55,024 bases of DNA from Flectonema sp. DT1601 (Eukaryota), in NCBI GenBank assembly GCA_964019425.1, contig OZ025792.1, positions 1,426,001-1,481,024 of the forward strand, given 5' to 3'. The notes under the pieces were generated by a model. The model saw only the letters and a program-made list of their open reading frames with translations. It ran no database searches and was not told the origin of the DNA. The translations under genes and the position numbers were made by a program. Shown piece by piece: positions 36,153 to 46,699 of the stretch (the first letter of the stretch is position 1; each line of letters opens with the position of its first letter).

Positions 36153-36583
36153 CTGTAAAGGGAAATATTCTTGTGGGGAAAAACCCGCGAGTTTTTATTA
36201 TTTTTTCTAAATCCGCGAGAATATTTCCCCGCGAGAGTATTTCCCTGCAAGCATACTTTTTTTCCAGCCATTTTTTTGGTTCTTTCTTGTGAAGAAAATA
36301 TGTGTGCTACGAAGGAAAGTTTCAGCAAAAATTATTTTTATTGTGCAGTATGGTAGTTTTTTATTGTGTTTGTTTGGTAAATAATGCTTTGTTCCACCAG
36401 ACACTTGATGGAAGCACAAAGATTTCTTAGATTCTTGATCAACTGACTGACTTACGCAAAAATCCTCTGTGGCAGGGAAATATTCTTGTGGGGAAAACCC
36501 CGCGAGTTTAAAAAAAAATCTCCAAATCCGCGAGAATATTTCCCCGCGGGAATATTTCTCCGCGAGAATATTTCCCTTTACAG
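36153..36583. mobile_element. MITE with TA TSD inserted in the satellite
   Basis: TA|CTGTAAAGGGAAATATTCT ... AGAATATTTCCCTTTACAG|TA; architecture similar to the MITE at 1331. Confidence 0.88.
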
Positions 36584-37997
36584 TATTCTTTTTTATTAAT
36601 TTTGAAAAAAAAAACAATCAGTTTAGCGTCTTGACCAGGACGGAAAATAGAAAGTAATCGACATAGTCGATCGATAAAAAAACAATGATAACATTGTTTA
36701 TTCTTTTTTTTTTATTTTAAATTCTTTTTATTTATTCTTTAAAGAAAAGAAACGGAAAATAGAAATTAGTCGACAAAGTCGAACGATAAAAAAAAACAAT
36801 GATAACATTGTTTATTCTTTTTTTTTTTTTTTTATATTCTTTTTATTAATTTTTAAAAAAAAAACAATCAGTTTAGCGTCTTGACCAGGACGGAAAACTG
36901 GAAGTAATCGACATAGTCGATCGATAAAAAAAACAATGATAACATTGTTTCATCTTTTATATTTTTTAATTTTTTTTTATATTTGAAGAAAAGAAAGAAG
37001 AAAAAAAAAAAAAAAAACAAGCGGAATTGATCATAATGGGTGGCAGGGGTTGATATAACTTCATTTGAAAATTCTTCTTTTTTAATTTCTTTTCTTTTGA
37101 AATTTTTTTTTTATTTAACAGGAGTTAAGATCACTTACATGAGTTAACACAACACAGATTACGAGAGTAGCAAACTGAGGTAACACTACCAATTCAACAA
37201 AAAATAATCAGGATCGGGCACAAGGAGGAGAGTTCATTCTACCTCTCACTGTCCTTGCTGGTATCTTAAGTGTCTTGGTATCTCTTTTGTGTCGGTATCT
37301 CGGAAGTGCTGGTATCTCGTAATGTGCGTTGGTATCTCTTGCGTGTTGGTAATCTCTTGCACATAAGAAAAAATATTGAGTTAACATGATCAGTTTTATT
37401 TAAAATTAAAGACAGACCGGAACTATTTGAAAATAAAATGTAGATGGGAAACAGTGAAAATTAAAATGAATGATAAAATTAAATGAGATTTATGACATAA
37501 CAGACCAGATAGAGAGTAATAAAGGGAAAAGGAAAACGGAAAGGGTTCATTCACTTAGTTAAAGTTAAGACCGATTAGTCAGTTTAAGGTCTTGACTAGG
37601 ACCAACAAAAAAAAAAAAATAAATAAATAAATAAATAACGATCAAGCTGAGCTGATCTTGTTTTTATTAAAATAAGGGGAGCGGGAGGGATGGAAGGAAT
37701 AAAGGAAAAAAAAAGAAAAGGTCGATCAATTGGATCTGGTCGTCGAGAAGAAGAAGACAATTATTTTAAAGGTCGATCGGCATAGCCGATCGTTGAGAAA
37801 AATAACCAGATATAAATACAATCAGTTTAAATAAAAAAAAAAAAAAATAAATAAATAAAAAAGTTTAACGATCAAGCTGAGCTGATCTTGTTTTTATTAA
37901 AATAAGGGGAGCGGGGGGGATGGAAGGAATAAAGGAAAAAAAAAGAAAAGGTCGATCAATTGGATCTGATCGTCGAGAAGAAGAAAACAATTATTTT

Positions 37998-38737
37998 TAA
38001 TCTTCTACGAACCTTATCCCCAACAGAAATCCTCGATTGTGTTGTGCTATTTGACTTTTCGATGTTCAGATTCACAATGGATGCAGGGACATTTTGCATC
38101 ACAAAGGTTGGTGTCCTTCAGACTGCTATGTGGAGTGTTGTTGTAACTCTTGATCAAGGTGTCGATGTGATCTATCCAAACAGTCGTTCTCTTCACATCG
38201 AAGTACTTTTCCAATCGGCTTCTGAACGTCCTGAACCTGTCGATGATCCCCAAAGCTTTGTGGTCGCCAACTTCGTTTGTATCGTGATAAATCTTTTGCG
38301 TTTCGAAGATCTTCTGCACATGATGATTCAGAAACTCCGGTCCATTGTCGCTGATGATCCTTCGAGGAGTATCGTTCTCCACACGAAAAACATCCATCAG
38401 GGCATCCCTCACTGTTGGCCCAGTCTTGCCTTTCAAGCCCCTGGCGAACGCTCTTCGGGTGAAGACATCGACGCAGATCAGTACGAATGTGTGACCCTTG
38501 TTCCTCCGGTTGAACTTCTGATAGTCTAGCAGGTCCATTTGCCACATCTCATTTGGTTCAAGTGCGGTGATGTGTCCCTCTATCTTTGGAGGATCGTTCC
38601 GATGTAATTGATTGACCTCCTGCTTCGATACGAACTCGTTGATCGCACGTCTTGTGCTTCTTGCCGCCCAACAGATAGAGCTTGTCAATCGATGTTATGT
38701 AGCCAGATTGTTCCCATAGTGTTTGTAGCTCGCCCAT
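37998..38737 (-). pseudogene. Polinton-type rve integrase, N-terminal and core part, frameshifted
   Basis: WQMDLLD, CVDVFTR, SDNGPEF, IIDRF, YNNTPHSSL. The N-terminus MGELQ...SIDKLY is in another frame from 38737. Confidence 0.88.
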
Positions 38738-38754
38738 TTTTCATATAAAAAAGG

Positions 38755-39108
38755 ATGACATACACAAGAGTTAATATCAATCTCACTGACAACCAGCGAA
38801 CACGCATGATGCAAGCTGCTGCAAAGGGAAGAGGCATCACACTTGTAATCAATCCGCACAAGACGGGCGATACGCTGTTGCTCACTGATGCCCAAGTGAT
38901 GAAGCTTCGTTCGTCCAAGAGCAATTTCAAAGTATCACTCAGCGCTAATCAGCTCAAGGCGATGAAGAGCGGGGGCTTCCTGCAGTTTCTGATACCTCTC
39001 GCATTAGCATCTGCAACAGCCTTATCGGCACATGGTGGCAAACGTTTGGGAGAGAAGGTGTTCGGCAAAGGCTTAATCAGACCGGGCAACAGCAGAGGTG
39101 TGTTGTGA
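38755..39108 (+). CDS. Small Polinton virion protein with adenovirus pX-like segment
   Basis: MKSGGFLQFLIPLALA resembles the GGFL-hydrophobic segment of adenain-cleaved core proteins and lies next to the protease. Confidence 0.55.
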   Translation: MTYTRVNINLTDNQRTRMMQAAAKGRGITLVINPHKTGDTLLLTDAQVMKLRSSKSNFKVSLSANQLKAMKSGGFLQFLIPLALASATALSAHGGKRLGEKVFGKGLIRPGNSRGVL

Positions 39109-39140
39109 ATAGGTGAGTTCACTTGTGAAGTATTGTAAAA

Positions 39141-39597
39141 ATGGCTCTCTACGCAAATGAAATAGCTGAATGGTTGTCTAATGAGAATGTTGGATACAAC
39201 GGCTACCTGATGCGTGACCAGGTAGATCATTCCATCCCTCAAGCCTGGCAAGTATTTGATAAATCTCGATGAGAGTAGCGGCATGGGAACACATTGGGTG
39301 GGCTTTGTTATCAACGCAACCGGGGACAACTATTATTTTGACAGCTTCGGGCAATTGCCTCCATCTGAGGTCACTGAGTCTTACAAACCCATTCTTTACA
39401 ACACAACACAGATTCAGGATATAGCAACACAGAGTTGCGGGTACTTCGTTTGTTACTGGTTCTATTGGGTTCATCATGGTCGTCCATTTTACGATTTCAT
39501 ACACAAGGAGTTCAGTGATGATACTGAGGCTAACGGGAAGCACTTGCTTGGTAATGTCTTCCCTGACTTCACAAACGAGTTTGCCCGTAACGTTTGA
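39141..39597 (+). pseudogene. Adenain-like cysteine protease (one frameshift near 39225)
   Basis: INLD...GTHWV, YFDSFG, QIQD...SCGYF. The N-terminus MALYANE...MRDQ from 39141 is out of frame. Confidence 0.88.
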
Positions 39598-39609
39598 TCC
39601 CTTATAAAA

Positions 39610-40296
39610 ATGACAAACTACTGCGTCAAGTGTAGACAGAAGACTGAAACAGTCGGAGCAGAGCCAGTTGTCGCCAAGAACGGTCGGCACGCAATCAAAG
39701 GATGCTGCCAGGTGTGTAAAACAGGTAAATATACATACATTAAGAAGGAAACGACAGCACGAACAAGTCCGCTTGTGAAGGGAAAAGGAGGGAAAGTGGG
39801 TGGTGACATCCAAGCCATGATTACCAAAGCGTTCCCAGATGCTGAGCTCCACTTCCCTGTATTGACCACAAAGGGTATTGAGAAGGCATCCTTTGCAGGT
39901 CCAGGTACCAAGCTGAAGGAACGAATCGCTAACCTAGAAGAGAATATTGATAGAGTGCATAATGGAGAATCCGTTCCTGAACAAGATGTTTTGACAAAAC
40001 CCAAAGGTAGAACGGATGAGGCCGCCATGATGCACGATCTCAGGTACTCGGCTGCTGAGAAGCATTGCGAAGAAGGGGATAAAGCACGTATTCGAAAGGC
40101 GAAGCACAAGGCAGACCTTCACCTAATCAAGGACAATGTTATCAATGCGCTTAACCCGATGAATTTAAACCCGGTCGATAAACTAACGAACGCACTGAGT
40201 GCACCTGCCTTTGCTGCAAAGATCGTTGGGGAGACAGCTAAATCATTTGTATTTGGGGATGGGATTAGGGGTACGAGGGGAAGAAGACACTTATAA
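39610..40296 (+). CDS. Zn-ribbon + parvovirus-type phospholipase A2 domain protein
   Basis: YCVKC...KNGR...CQVC N-terminus, a VGGD possible cleavage site, the FAGPG Ca-loop-like motif, DEAAMMHDLRY and a downstream ADLHL. Confidence 0.75.
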   Translation: MTNYCVKCRQKTETVGAEPVVAKNGRHAIKGCCQVCKTGKYTYIKKETTARTSPLVKGKGGKVGGDIQAMITKAFPDAELHFPVLTTKGIEKASFAGPGTKLKERIANLEENIDRVHNGESVPEQDVLTKPKGRTDEAAMMHDLRYSAAEKHCEEGDKARIRKAKHKADLHLIKDNVINALNPMNLNPVDKLTNALSAPAFAAKIVGETAKSFVFGDGIRGTRGRRHL

Positions 40297-40471
40297 TTCA
40301 CAGCTTCCATACGCAATCGTTTTTGATTCCGTCCTCGCAGATATACCGTTTATCATCAAACCTGGTTAGGGCGATTCTGGATTGTGCCACCGTATTCAGT
40401 TGCATCTTCCTTGCCTGGATGCTGTTGTATTTCACTGCGATCTCTTCACCTCCATACAGGACATCTCTGTA
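40291..40471 (-). pseudogene. C-terminal fragment of protein-primed family B DNA polymerase
   Basis: Manual translation gives YRDVLYGGEEIAVKYNSIQARKMQLNTVAQSRIALTRFDDKRYICEDGIK/TIAYG, matching the DDKR..DG..T.AYG tail of Polinton pPolB. Not in the ORF track. Confidence 0.8.
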
Positions 40472-40945
40472 TAAACTGCTTTCTTGTACTCACTCAGATC
40501 GTCATCGAGGGTAGCCATCGTTTGTCTGTTCGTTGTTCGTGATTGTGCTTCTGTAGTGCAGAAATAAAGATTTTTTTTTTTTTATTAGTGTGAGCCTCAT
40601 AGTGCAATGCTAATTGTTAATCCAAGTCAGGAATACAGGGGGGTCATGGGCTCACTTTCTTTTTTTCAGGTTCGATTCCCACCCAGTGTTGTTTCTTTTT
40701 TTCTGTTGTTGTTAATCCAATGGTTAAGGGAGAAGTTAAGCATAAAAGCTAAAACGATAGATCAAGCTGAGCAAAGGCCCAGAAAGAAAGAGGGGTTGGG
40801 GAAACATATCCTGGGAACTTCCCAGGTAATTGAGCTAGGAGGTTGCTGGGGTCTCAAGGCGTGATAAACAAATGACACTGTGTGGCCTCCTTTTCCTGCA
40901 ACTTTACTTGTGGCATGAACTACAACCTCGGCAGCTCCCAGCTTC

Positions 40946-41842
40946 CTAACCTTCAATCCCTAAAGCAGTAAATTGAGAACTGAAGGCTTCCAGCTTGGGC
41001 TCCTTCAGCTTCTTCAGCTCCGCCAATTGAAGCATAACATGTTTTAGGATGGGATCTTGTGTGGGTCGCATCATTAGTTTAATTTTCGTATAATGAGCAA
41101 TTTCTTTTTCTGTGACTCCCGAATTTTTGCAGCTCTTAATAATAAACATGTCTGAAATATGAATATGTTTTTTTTCATCCATCTCGTCGAATATATTCTT
41201 ATCAGAGCGCCACTTATTTTCAAGTATGTATTCAAGTCTGAAAGTCTCCCCGTCTGGAACCACGTGACACCTATTTTTCTTTTTGGTGCAGCACATACCA
41301 TGTTCAACACATTCAGTATGGTTTTGTATAAGCTTTGGAAAGGATCCTACCGGTAGTGAACCCTCAACATGAGCGAACTTCATTGGCGGGGTTGACTCAT
41401 TCTTCGTAACCCCATACCCCTCATGATAAAAGTCGACAATATGGTTACCCCGTCCTTCAGGTAAGTTTAGAACACAGGGCAAGTATGTATCATTTGACTT
41501 ACCACAACTCTTGAGTGTGATCATGAACCAATGCATCAGTTTATAATCAACCTGTTTTCCACCTGCGAGGTGGACCCACGCGTTGAGTGTTTGGGTGCTG
41601 ACGTCTATCGTGTTGGCAAGTTTTTGTTTTGTAAAAAGCCTATGCCGAGAACAAATGCATTCCTTAATCAAGCAGCGCCAGATCGCTGCTGCCTCAGGTG
41701 GCGAATCGGGACGTGCTCCTTTAACAATATTCAGCAGCACATCAAGTAACGTTTTAGTGTCTGCCTTGAAGCTGCCTGTTTTCTTCATGGTTTCGACCTC
41801 ACCGTTGCAATATGTTGTTATTTGGTCTTGAGTTAAGAACAT
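40946..41842 (-). CDS. Hypothetical protein, 298 aa
   Basis: Long ATG-initiated ORF of protein-like composition, with Cys/His-rich patches. No family recognised. Confidence 0.45.
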   Translation of the reverse strand: MFLTQDQITTYCNGEVETMKKTGSFKADTKTLLDVLLNIVKGARPDSPPEAAAIWRCLIKECICSRHRLFTKQKLANTIDVSTQTLNAWVHLAGGKQVDYKLMHWFMITLKSCGKSNDTYLPCVLNLPEGRGNHIVDFYHEGYGVTKNESTPPMKFAHVEGSLPVGSFPKLIQNHTECVEHGMCCTKKKNRCHVVPDGETFRLEYILENKWRSDKNIFDEMDEKKHIHISDMFIIKSCKNSGVTEKEIAHYTKIKLMMRPTQDPILKHVMLQLAELKKLKEPKLEAFSSQFTALGIEG

Positions 41843-42493
41843 TGTTTGTAAAGAAGTGCTGTGCTACGACAAACTCGTCATAATATCGACATCCCTGTAC
41901 CAACAAAAATACACGCATCTCATTGGCCTGTTTGAGAAGAAGCAAAGTAAGCTGTGTGAGAAAATACCTGATTGCCCAAGCATATTCGAGGCACATGACA
42001 CAATCGACACATTCGACATAGAAACCCTTGACCACACCATTCTTAATTTTTTGCTGCTTTTCGGTAGTGAAATCCTGTGAAAATGTGTGAAAATGTGTGA
42101 ATTCTAGTGAAAAAAGTGAGTGATATCCAGATGGTACCGTTGGTGCTGGTGTGCTGTGCGATGTCAAACCTGTTCAGTTTGCCATACGTCATGTCACTTT
42201 GACAACTAAATGGGCATCGCTTGTGCCCAGTGACCCATCACCCTTCCTGACCATCACTTGTGGTGAGGTTCCGGACTTTGGACCGGCGCATCGCGTGTGC
42301 GGTGGGTTTAATCACTGAGGGGCTCATTCTCGTTCATTGCCTCCTCTTTTCGCTGAGCAGTTTTTTCTTGTGCAACTCTCCTGGCAGCAGCATTTTCTGC
42401 TGCTTTCGCTTGGGTCAGTGTGGCGGGCTGCTGGGGCACCGGGAGGGAGAGGGGGTCACGCAACTTGAGTTGAGTTTACCAGGTGAGATTTGG

Positions 42494-42652
42494 ACCCGCA
42501 AACCCGCAAACCCGCAAACCCGCAAACCCGCAAACCCGCAAACCCGCAAACCCGCAAACCCGCAAACCCGCAAACCCGCAAACCCGCAAACCCGCAAACC
42601 CGCAAACCCGCAAACCCGCAAACCCGCAAACCCGCAAACCCGCAAACCCGCA
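42494..42652 (+). repeat. Interstitial (AAACCCGC)n, ~20 units
   Basis: Perfect 8-mer array with the same unit and orientation as the terminal array. Confidence 0.97.
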
Positions 42653-42854
42653 CTAGAGATACCCCTTCCAGGCTCGCGTTGCTCGCACACAACTTTTTTT
42701 TTTTAAGCTTTCTGAACAAACATTATTTTTACAACCAAGTCACGTCTGTTTTTATTCCCTGGCTAGGTACCCGTCAGGGTACAAATTTGAACTTAACTTT
42801 ACGCTCGCTTCGCTCGCGTTAAGTTAAGTCCAATTTTGTACCCTTTTCCTTGCT

Positions 42855-43940
42855 ACTTTCTTCTTACTAATTTTTCTGGTTGAAAAACACAAAAAATGTG
42901 CCTGGGAATTGAACCCTTGCCACGGCTACCGAAGAGATTTAAGGTATCCACTCGGCTGTGCAGCCCTGTAGCCTCTTTATGGAAATCCTTCCATTTTCCC
43001 TTCCCCCCCCTTAACGTAGGGGAGTCTACCAGGTGCCTACCCTGGACGCCCTTCGGGCACAGGATTTGAACTAATTGCGTGTACGGGTGCGATGGGTTAT
43101 TGCAGTGGCAGGGGGTCGAACCAGCGATCACCCAGCCCCAGGGCGAGGGTTATACCACTACCCCTGGGGTATCGCAACTTTTTATTATTATTACTTTTCT
43201 GCAATTTTTATTTATAAATAAGTTTTCGAAAAGGTGGGAAGTAACGGACTGCATAGCCGAGTGGATATGGTCACCGACCTTAAGTCTATTCGGTAGCCGT
43301 GGCACAGGTTCAATTCCCTGTTACGGCATATTTGGGGGGCGTCATAGTGCAGTGGATGGGGTGGTGCCCCCGCACCCAATCGGCCTTGGCTCAAACCCCG
43401 CTGTACGCACCGCGCCTCACAGCGCAATCAGTTTCCGTGTCGCATCCCCCATTGCCTCGAAAGAGTGAATGGCCACCCAGTAAGGGCAGCGCCTAAGCAA
43501 TTATAGTAGTAACAAAAAGAAGGAGAAACACAGTAGTGAAACACTCAAAAAAAAAAAAAAAAAAAAAAAAAAAAACGGACTGGGAGCTTTTGGCTCCTGC
43601 CCTATTCCCGATGTAAACTTTCTTTTTTTTTTTTTTTTTTTTTTTTAACAGGCCCAAAGGGCGACAATGAAAGATGCTGACCAAGGAATAATATTCAAAT
43701 GAATTTTCGTTTCAAAGAAACGAACAGGATTAAGGGAGAGGCAGAAAAAAAAAAAAAAATAATATGAAGAGGAAATAATCAAACATGAAAAAAAAAAATA
43801 AAATAAAAATAAATAAACGTTATATATAAGCAATTTCTTTTTTTTTTCGCAATTTTTTATTTATTTATTACTTTTCTGTCCCAACGGGACGACAAATGAA
43901 AGATGTCCTCCCTTAGCTGAAAATGCACACTGCACCCTGT
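42855..43940 (+). repeat. Old, interrupted copy of a YR-element A repeat plus other tRNA-like debris
   Basis: 42855-42970 resembles 11895-12030, and 43850-43940 resembles 12040-12127. A further tRNA-like piece lies at ~43095-43170 (- strand). Confidence 0.65.
43252..43573 (+). mobile_element. tRNA-derived SINE with poly(A) tail and 9-bp TSD
   Basis: AACGGACTG occurs at 43243-43251 and 43574-43582. Two tandem A/B-box heads and an A-tail. Inserted in a reverse copy of the satellite-element terminus (43222-43830). Confidence 0.8.
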
Positions 43941-44543
43941 TTTATCAAGTCCTTTGTTTTTGTTTTTCTGAAAGATATCTGTAGTTGTTGTTATATTAAT
44001 ATGCTAGCATGAAAACGACGGCTAGGTTTATGATGATTGGATATGTGGCTTAGGTTATCTGTTTGTTACATTTGGAAGTATTTTACAACAGGTTTATCGA
44101 ATCTGTATCTGCAATGTGTGCGACCCTGGGATGGGAATATAGGAATTTAGTTATATTAATAAGGTTATCGTTCATTATTTCCAATAAAATAGAAATGTGG
44201 GAAGAACTATGGGATGGCGGAATGCAGCCCCCCCCCCAACCCCCCCCAAGGGGGGGGAGCCACTAATAAAGGCCAACCTCCTGAAAAAGAATCAAGAAAA
44301 AACAAAAATGCCCTCACCCAGGGTCGAACTGGAACTGGTTTACAGCCATTTTGGGTTAACAGGGATTTATGAAGACTTTTGGATAGATCAACTATGTGTT
44401 CCCATCTTTTTTAGGAGATCTGTAGAAAAAAATAAATCTTTCAGAAAATATTATAAAGGAAAGATTTTTTCTGAAGAATTTTTTTTTAACTATCAAAATT
44501 CCATTTAGGTAATTTGCCACCGAAACTGAGCACCAAACAAAAA

Positions 44544-44617
44544 CCGCCGTCAGCGGGTTTTGAACCCTCGACCGCCATTCTTTCAGACCGGCGTTCTATC
44601 AATTGAGCTATGTAGCC
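44544..44617 (-). pseudogene. tRNA-like pseudogene (GAA/Phe-like loop)
   Basis: TAGCTCAATTGATAGAAC...CTGAAAG...GGGTTCAAAACCC; acceptor and anticodon stems are poorly paired. Confidence 0.55.
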
Positions 44618-45084
44618 ACATAATCGACGTTTCTTTTATTTCTATAAGTCAATGTCTCTATTAGTTTTCTGACGATATCAAATATTTCTATCCCTTTATC
44701 AGTTCTCTCACCCCTGTCTTCATCACAAGAAAACTTATATTTGGTGCCGGTGTCCCGTCGAATCGAAACGGCCCGGTACAACCCCTACGCAGAAGTAATC
44801 TGCACCACAGTGTAGATTCTTCTTTGTGATCTCAGACTTGTTAACTGCATGTTCATTCAATTAAGTATACTTCTCTTTCCCAGGTGCATACAGTATAGGA
44901 AGGCTAATTACCTACTAAATTGGCAACCATACACTTAAATTTCAAAACCATACTAAAAAAGAATTTTCATCACATTTTATACTTTAAGAAAATGGTTACC
45001 CATCTTTTTTAGACCTGCTCGGGCACAAAAGTCCAGCATTTTTCCTTAGGCAAAAATAAATCTTACTTACTTCCTACTGAAGAA

Positions 45085-46575
45085 AATTGGCAGCTTAAAT
45101 TTGTTTGCAGGAAGAAAGTAAGCAGCTAAAATTTGCTTGCGGGAAGAAAATAAGCAGCTAAAACTTGCTTGCGGGAAGAGAATCAGCAGCTAAAATTTGC
45201 TTGCGGGAAGAAAATAAGCAGCCAAAATTTGCTTGCGGGAAGAGAATAAGCAGCCAAGATTTGCTTGCGGGAAGAGAATAAGCAGCTAAAATTTGCTTGC
45301 GGGAAGAGAATAAGCAGCTAAAATTTGCTTGCGGGAAGAGAATCAGCAGCTAAAATTTGCTTGCGGGAAGAAAATAAGCAGCCAAAATTTGCTTGCGGGA
45401 AGAGAATAAGCAGCTAAAATTTGCTTGCGGGAAGAGAATCAGCAGCTAAAATTTGCTTGCGGGAAGAGAATAAGCAGCTAAAATTTGCTTGCGGGAAGAA
45501 AATAAGCAGCCAAAATTTGCTTGCGGGAAGAGAATCAGCAGCTAAAATTTGCTTGCGGGAAGAGAATCAGCAGCTAAAATTTGCTTGCGGGAAGAGAATA
45601 AGCAGCTAAAATTTGCTTGCGGGAAGAAAATAAGCAGCCAAAATTTGCTTGCGGGAAGAGAATAAGCAGCTAAAATTTGCTTGCGGGAAGAGAATCAGCA
45701 GCTAAAATTTGCTTGCGGGAAGAGAATAAGCAGCTAAAATTTGCTTGCGGGAAGAAAATAAGCAGCCAAAATTTGCTTGCGGGAAGAGAATCAGCAGCTA
45801 AAATTTGCTTGCGGGAAGAGAATAAGCAGCTAAAATTTGCTTGCGGGAAGAGAATAAGCAGCCAAAATTTGCTTGCGGGAAGAGAATCAGCAGCTAAAAT
45901 TTGCTTGCGGGAAGAGAATCAGCAGCTAAAATTTGCTTGCGGGAAGAAAATAAGCAGCCAAAATCTGCTTGCGGGAAGAGAATAAGCAGCTAAAATTTGC
46001 TTGCGGGAAGAGAATCAGCAGCTAAAATTTGCTTGCGGGAAGAGAATAAGCAGCTAAAATTTGCTTGCGGGAAGAAAATAAGCAGCCAAAATTTGCTTGC
46101 GGGAAGAGAATCAGCAGCTAAAATCTGCTCGCGGGAAGAAAATAAGCAGCCAAAATTTGCTTGCGGGAAGAGAATCAGCAGCTAAAATTTGCTTGCGGGA
46201 AGAGAATAAGCAGCTAAAATTTGCTTGCGGGAAGAAAATTAGCAGCTAAAATTTGCTTGCGGGAAGAAAATAAGCAGCTAAAATTTGCTTGCGGGAAGAG
46301 AATCAGCAGCTAAGATTTGCTTGCGGGAAGAGAATCAGCAGCTAAAATTTGCTTGCGGGAAGAAAATAAGCAGCTAAAATTTGCTTGCGGGAAGAGAATA
46401 AGCAGCTAAAATTTGCTTGCGGGAAGAGAATAAGCAGCTAAAATTTGCTTGCGGGAAGAAAATAAGCAGCTAAAATTTGCTTGCGGGAAGAAAATAAGCA
46501 GCTAAGATTTGCTTGTGGGAAGGGAATCAGCAGCTAAAATTTGCTTGCAAGAAGAAAATTAGCAGCCAAAACTTG
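45085..46575 (+). repeat. 32-bp minisatellite, ~46 copies
   Basis: Unit AGCAGCYAAAATTTGCTTGCGGGAAGARAATM, with degenerate edges. Confidence 0.95.
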
Positions 46576-46699
46576 CCCAGGGGTGCTACATAAGCATTGA
46601 TTGCAGAAAGGTGGCAAAAATGAAAGGAATTATTTATTAAAACCCAAATTGTCTAAACCATACAACAAAAAGACAGCTTGGCACCAAAACTCTAAAACC

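Larger units (their letters stand above)
30330..37997 (-). mobile_element. Reverse-oriented 5'-truncated copy of the satellite-bearing retroelement 3' region, with secondary insertions
   Basis: Terminus GAATTTCGATAAAGTGGGAAG at 30330; reverse satellite at 31714-36960; 37000-37997 is the reverse complement of ~19300-20270. Confidence 0.85.
29997..40480. mobile_element. Polinton/Maverick- or adintovirus-like endogenous element, decayed and partial
   Basis: Clustered retroviral-type integrase, pX-like ORF, adenain protease, PLA2-domain ORF and pPolB C-terminus. No capsid, ATPase or TIRs were recognised. Confidence 0.85.

Noticed and set aside
19170..37997. Giant inverted repeats as TIRs of one Foldback/Polinton element
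   Set aside because: The two arms are independent insertions: one lies inside F2 gag and the other inside the Polinton integrase.
45421..46185. Repetitive ORFs (LAGRESAAKICLREENKQLK)
   Set aside because: Translations of the 32-bp minisatellite.
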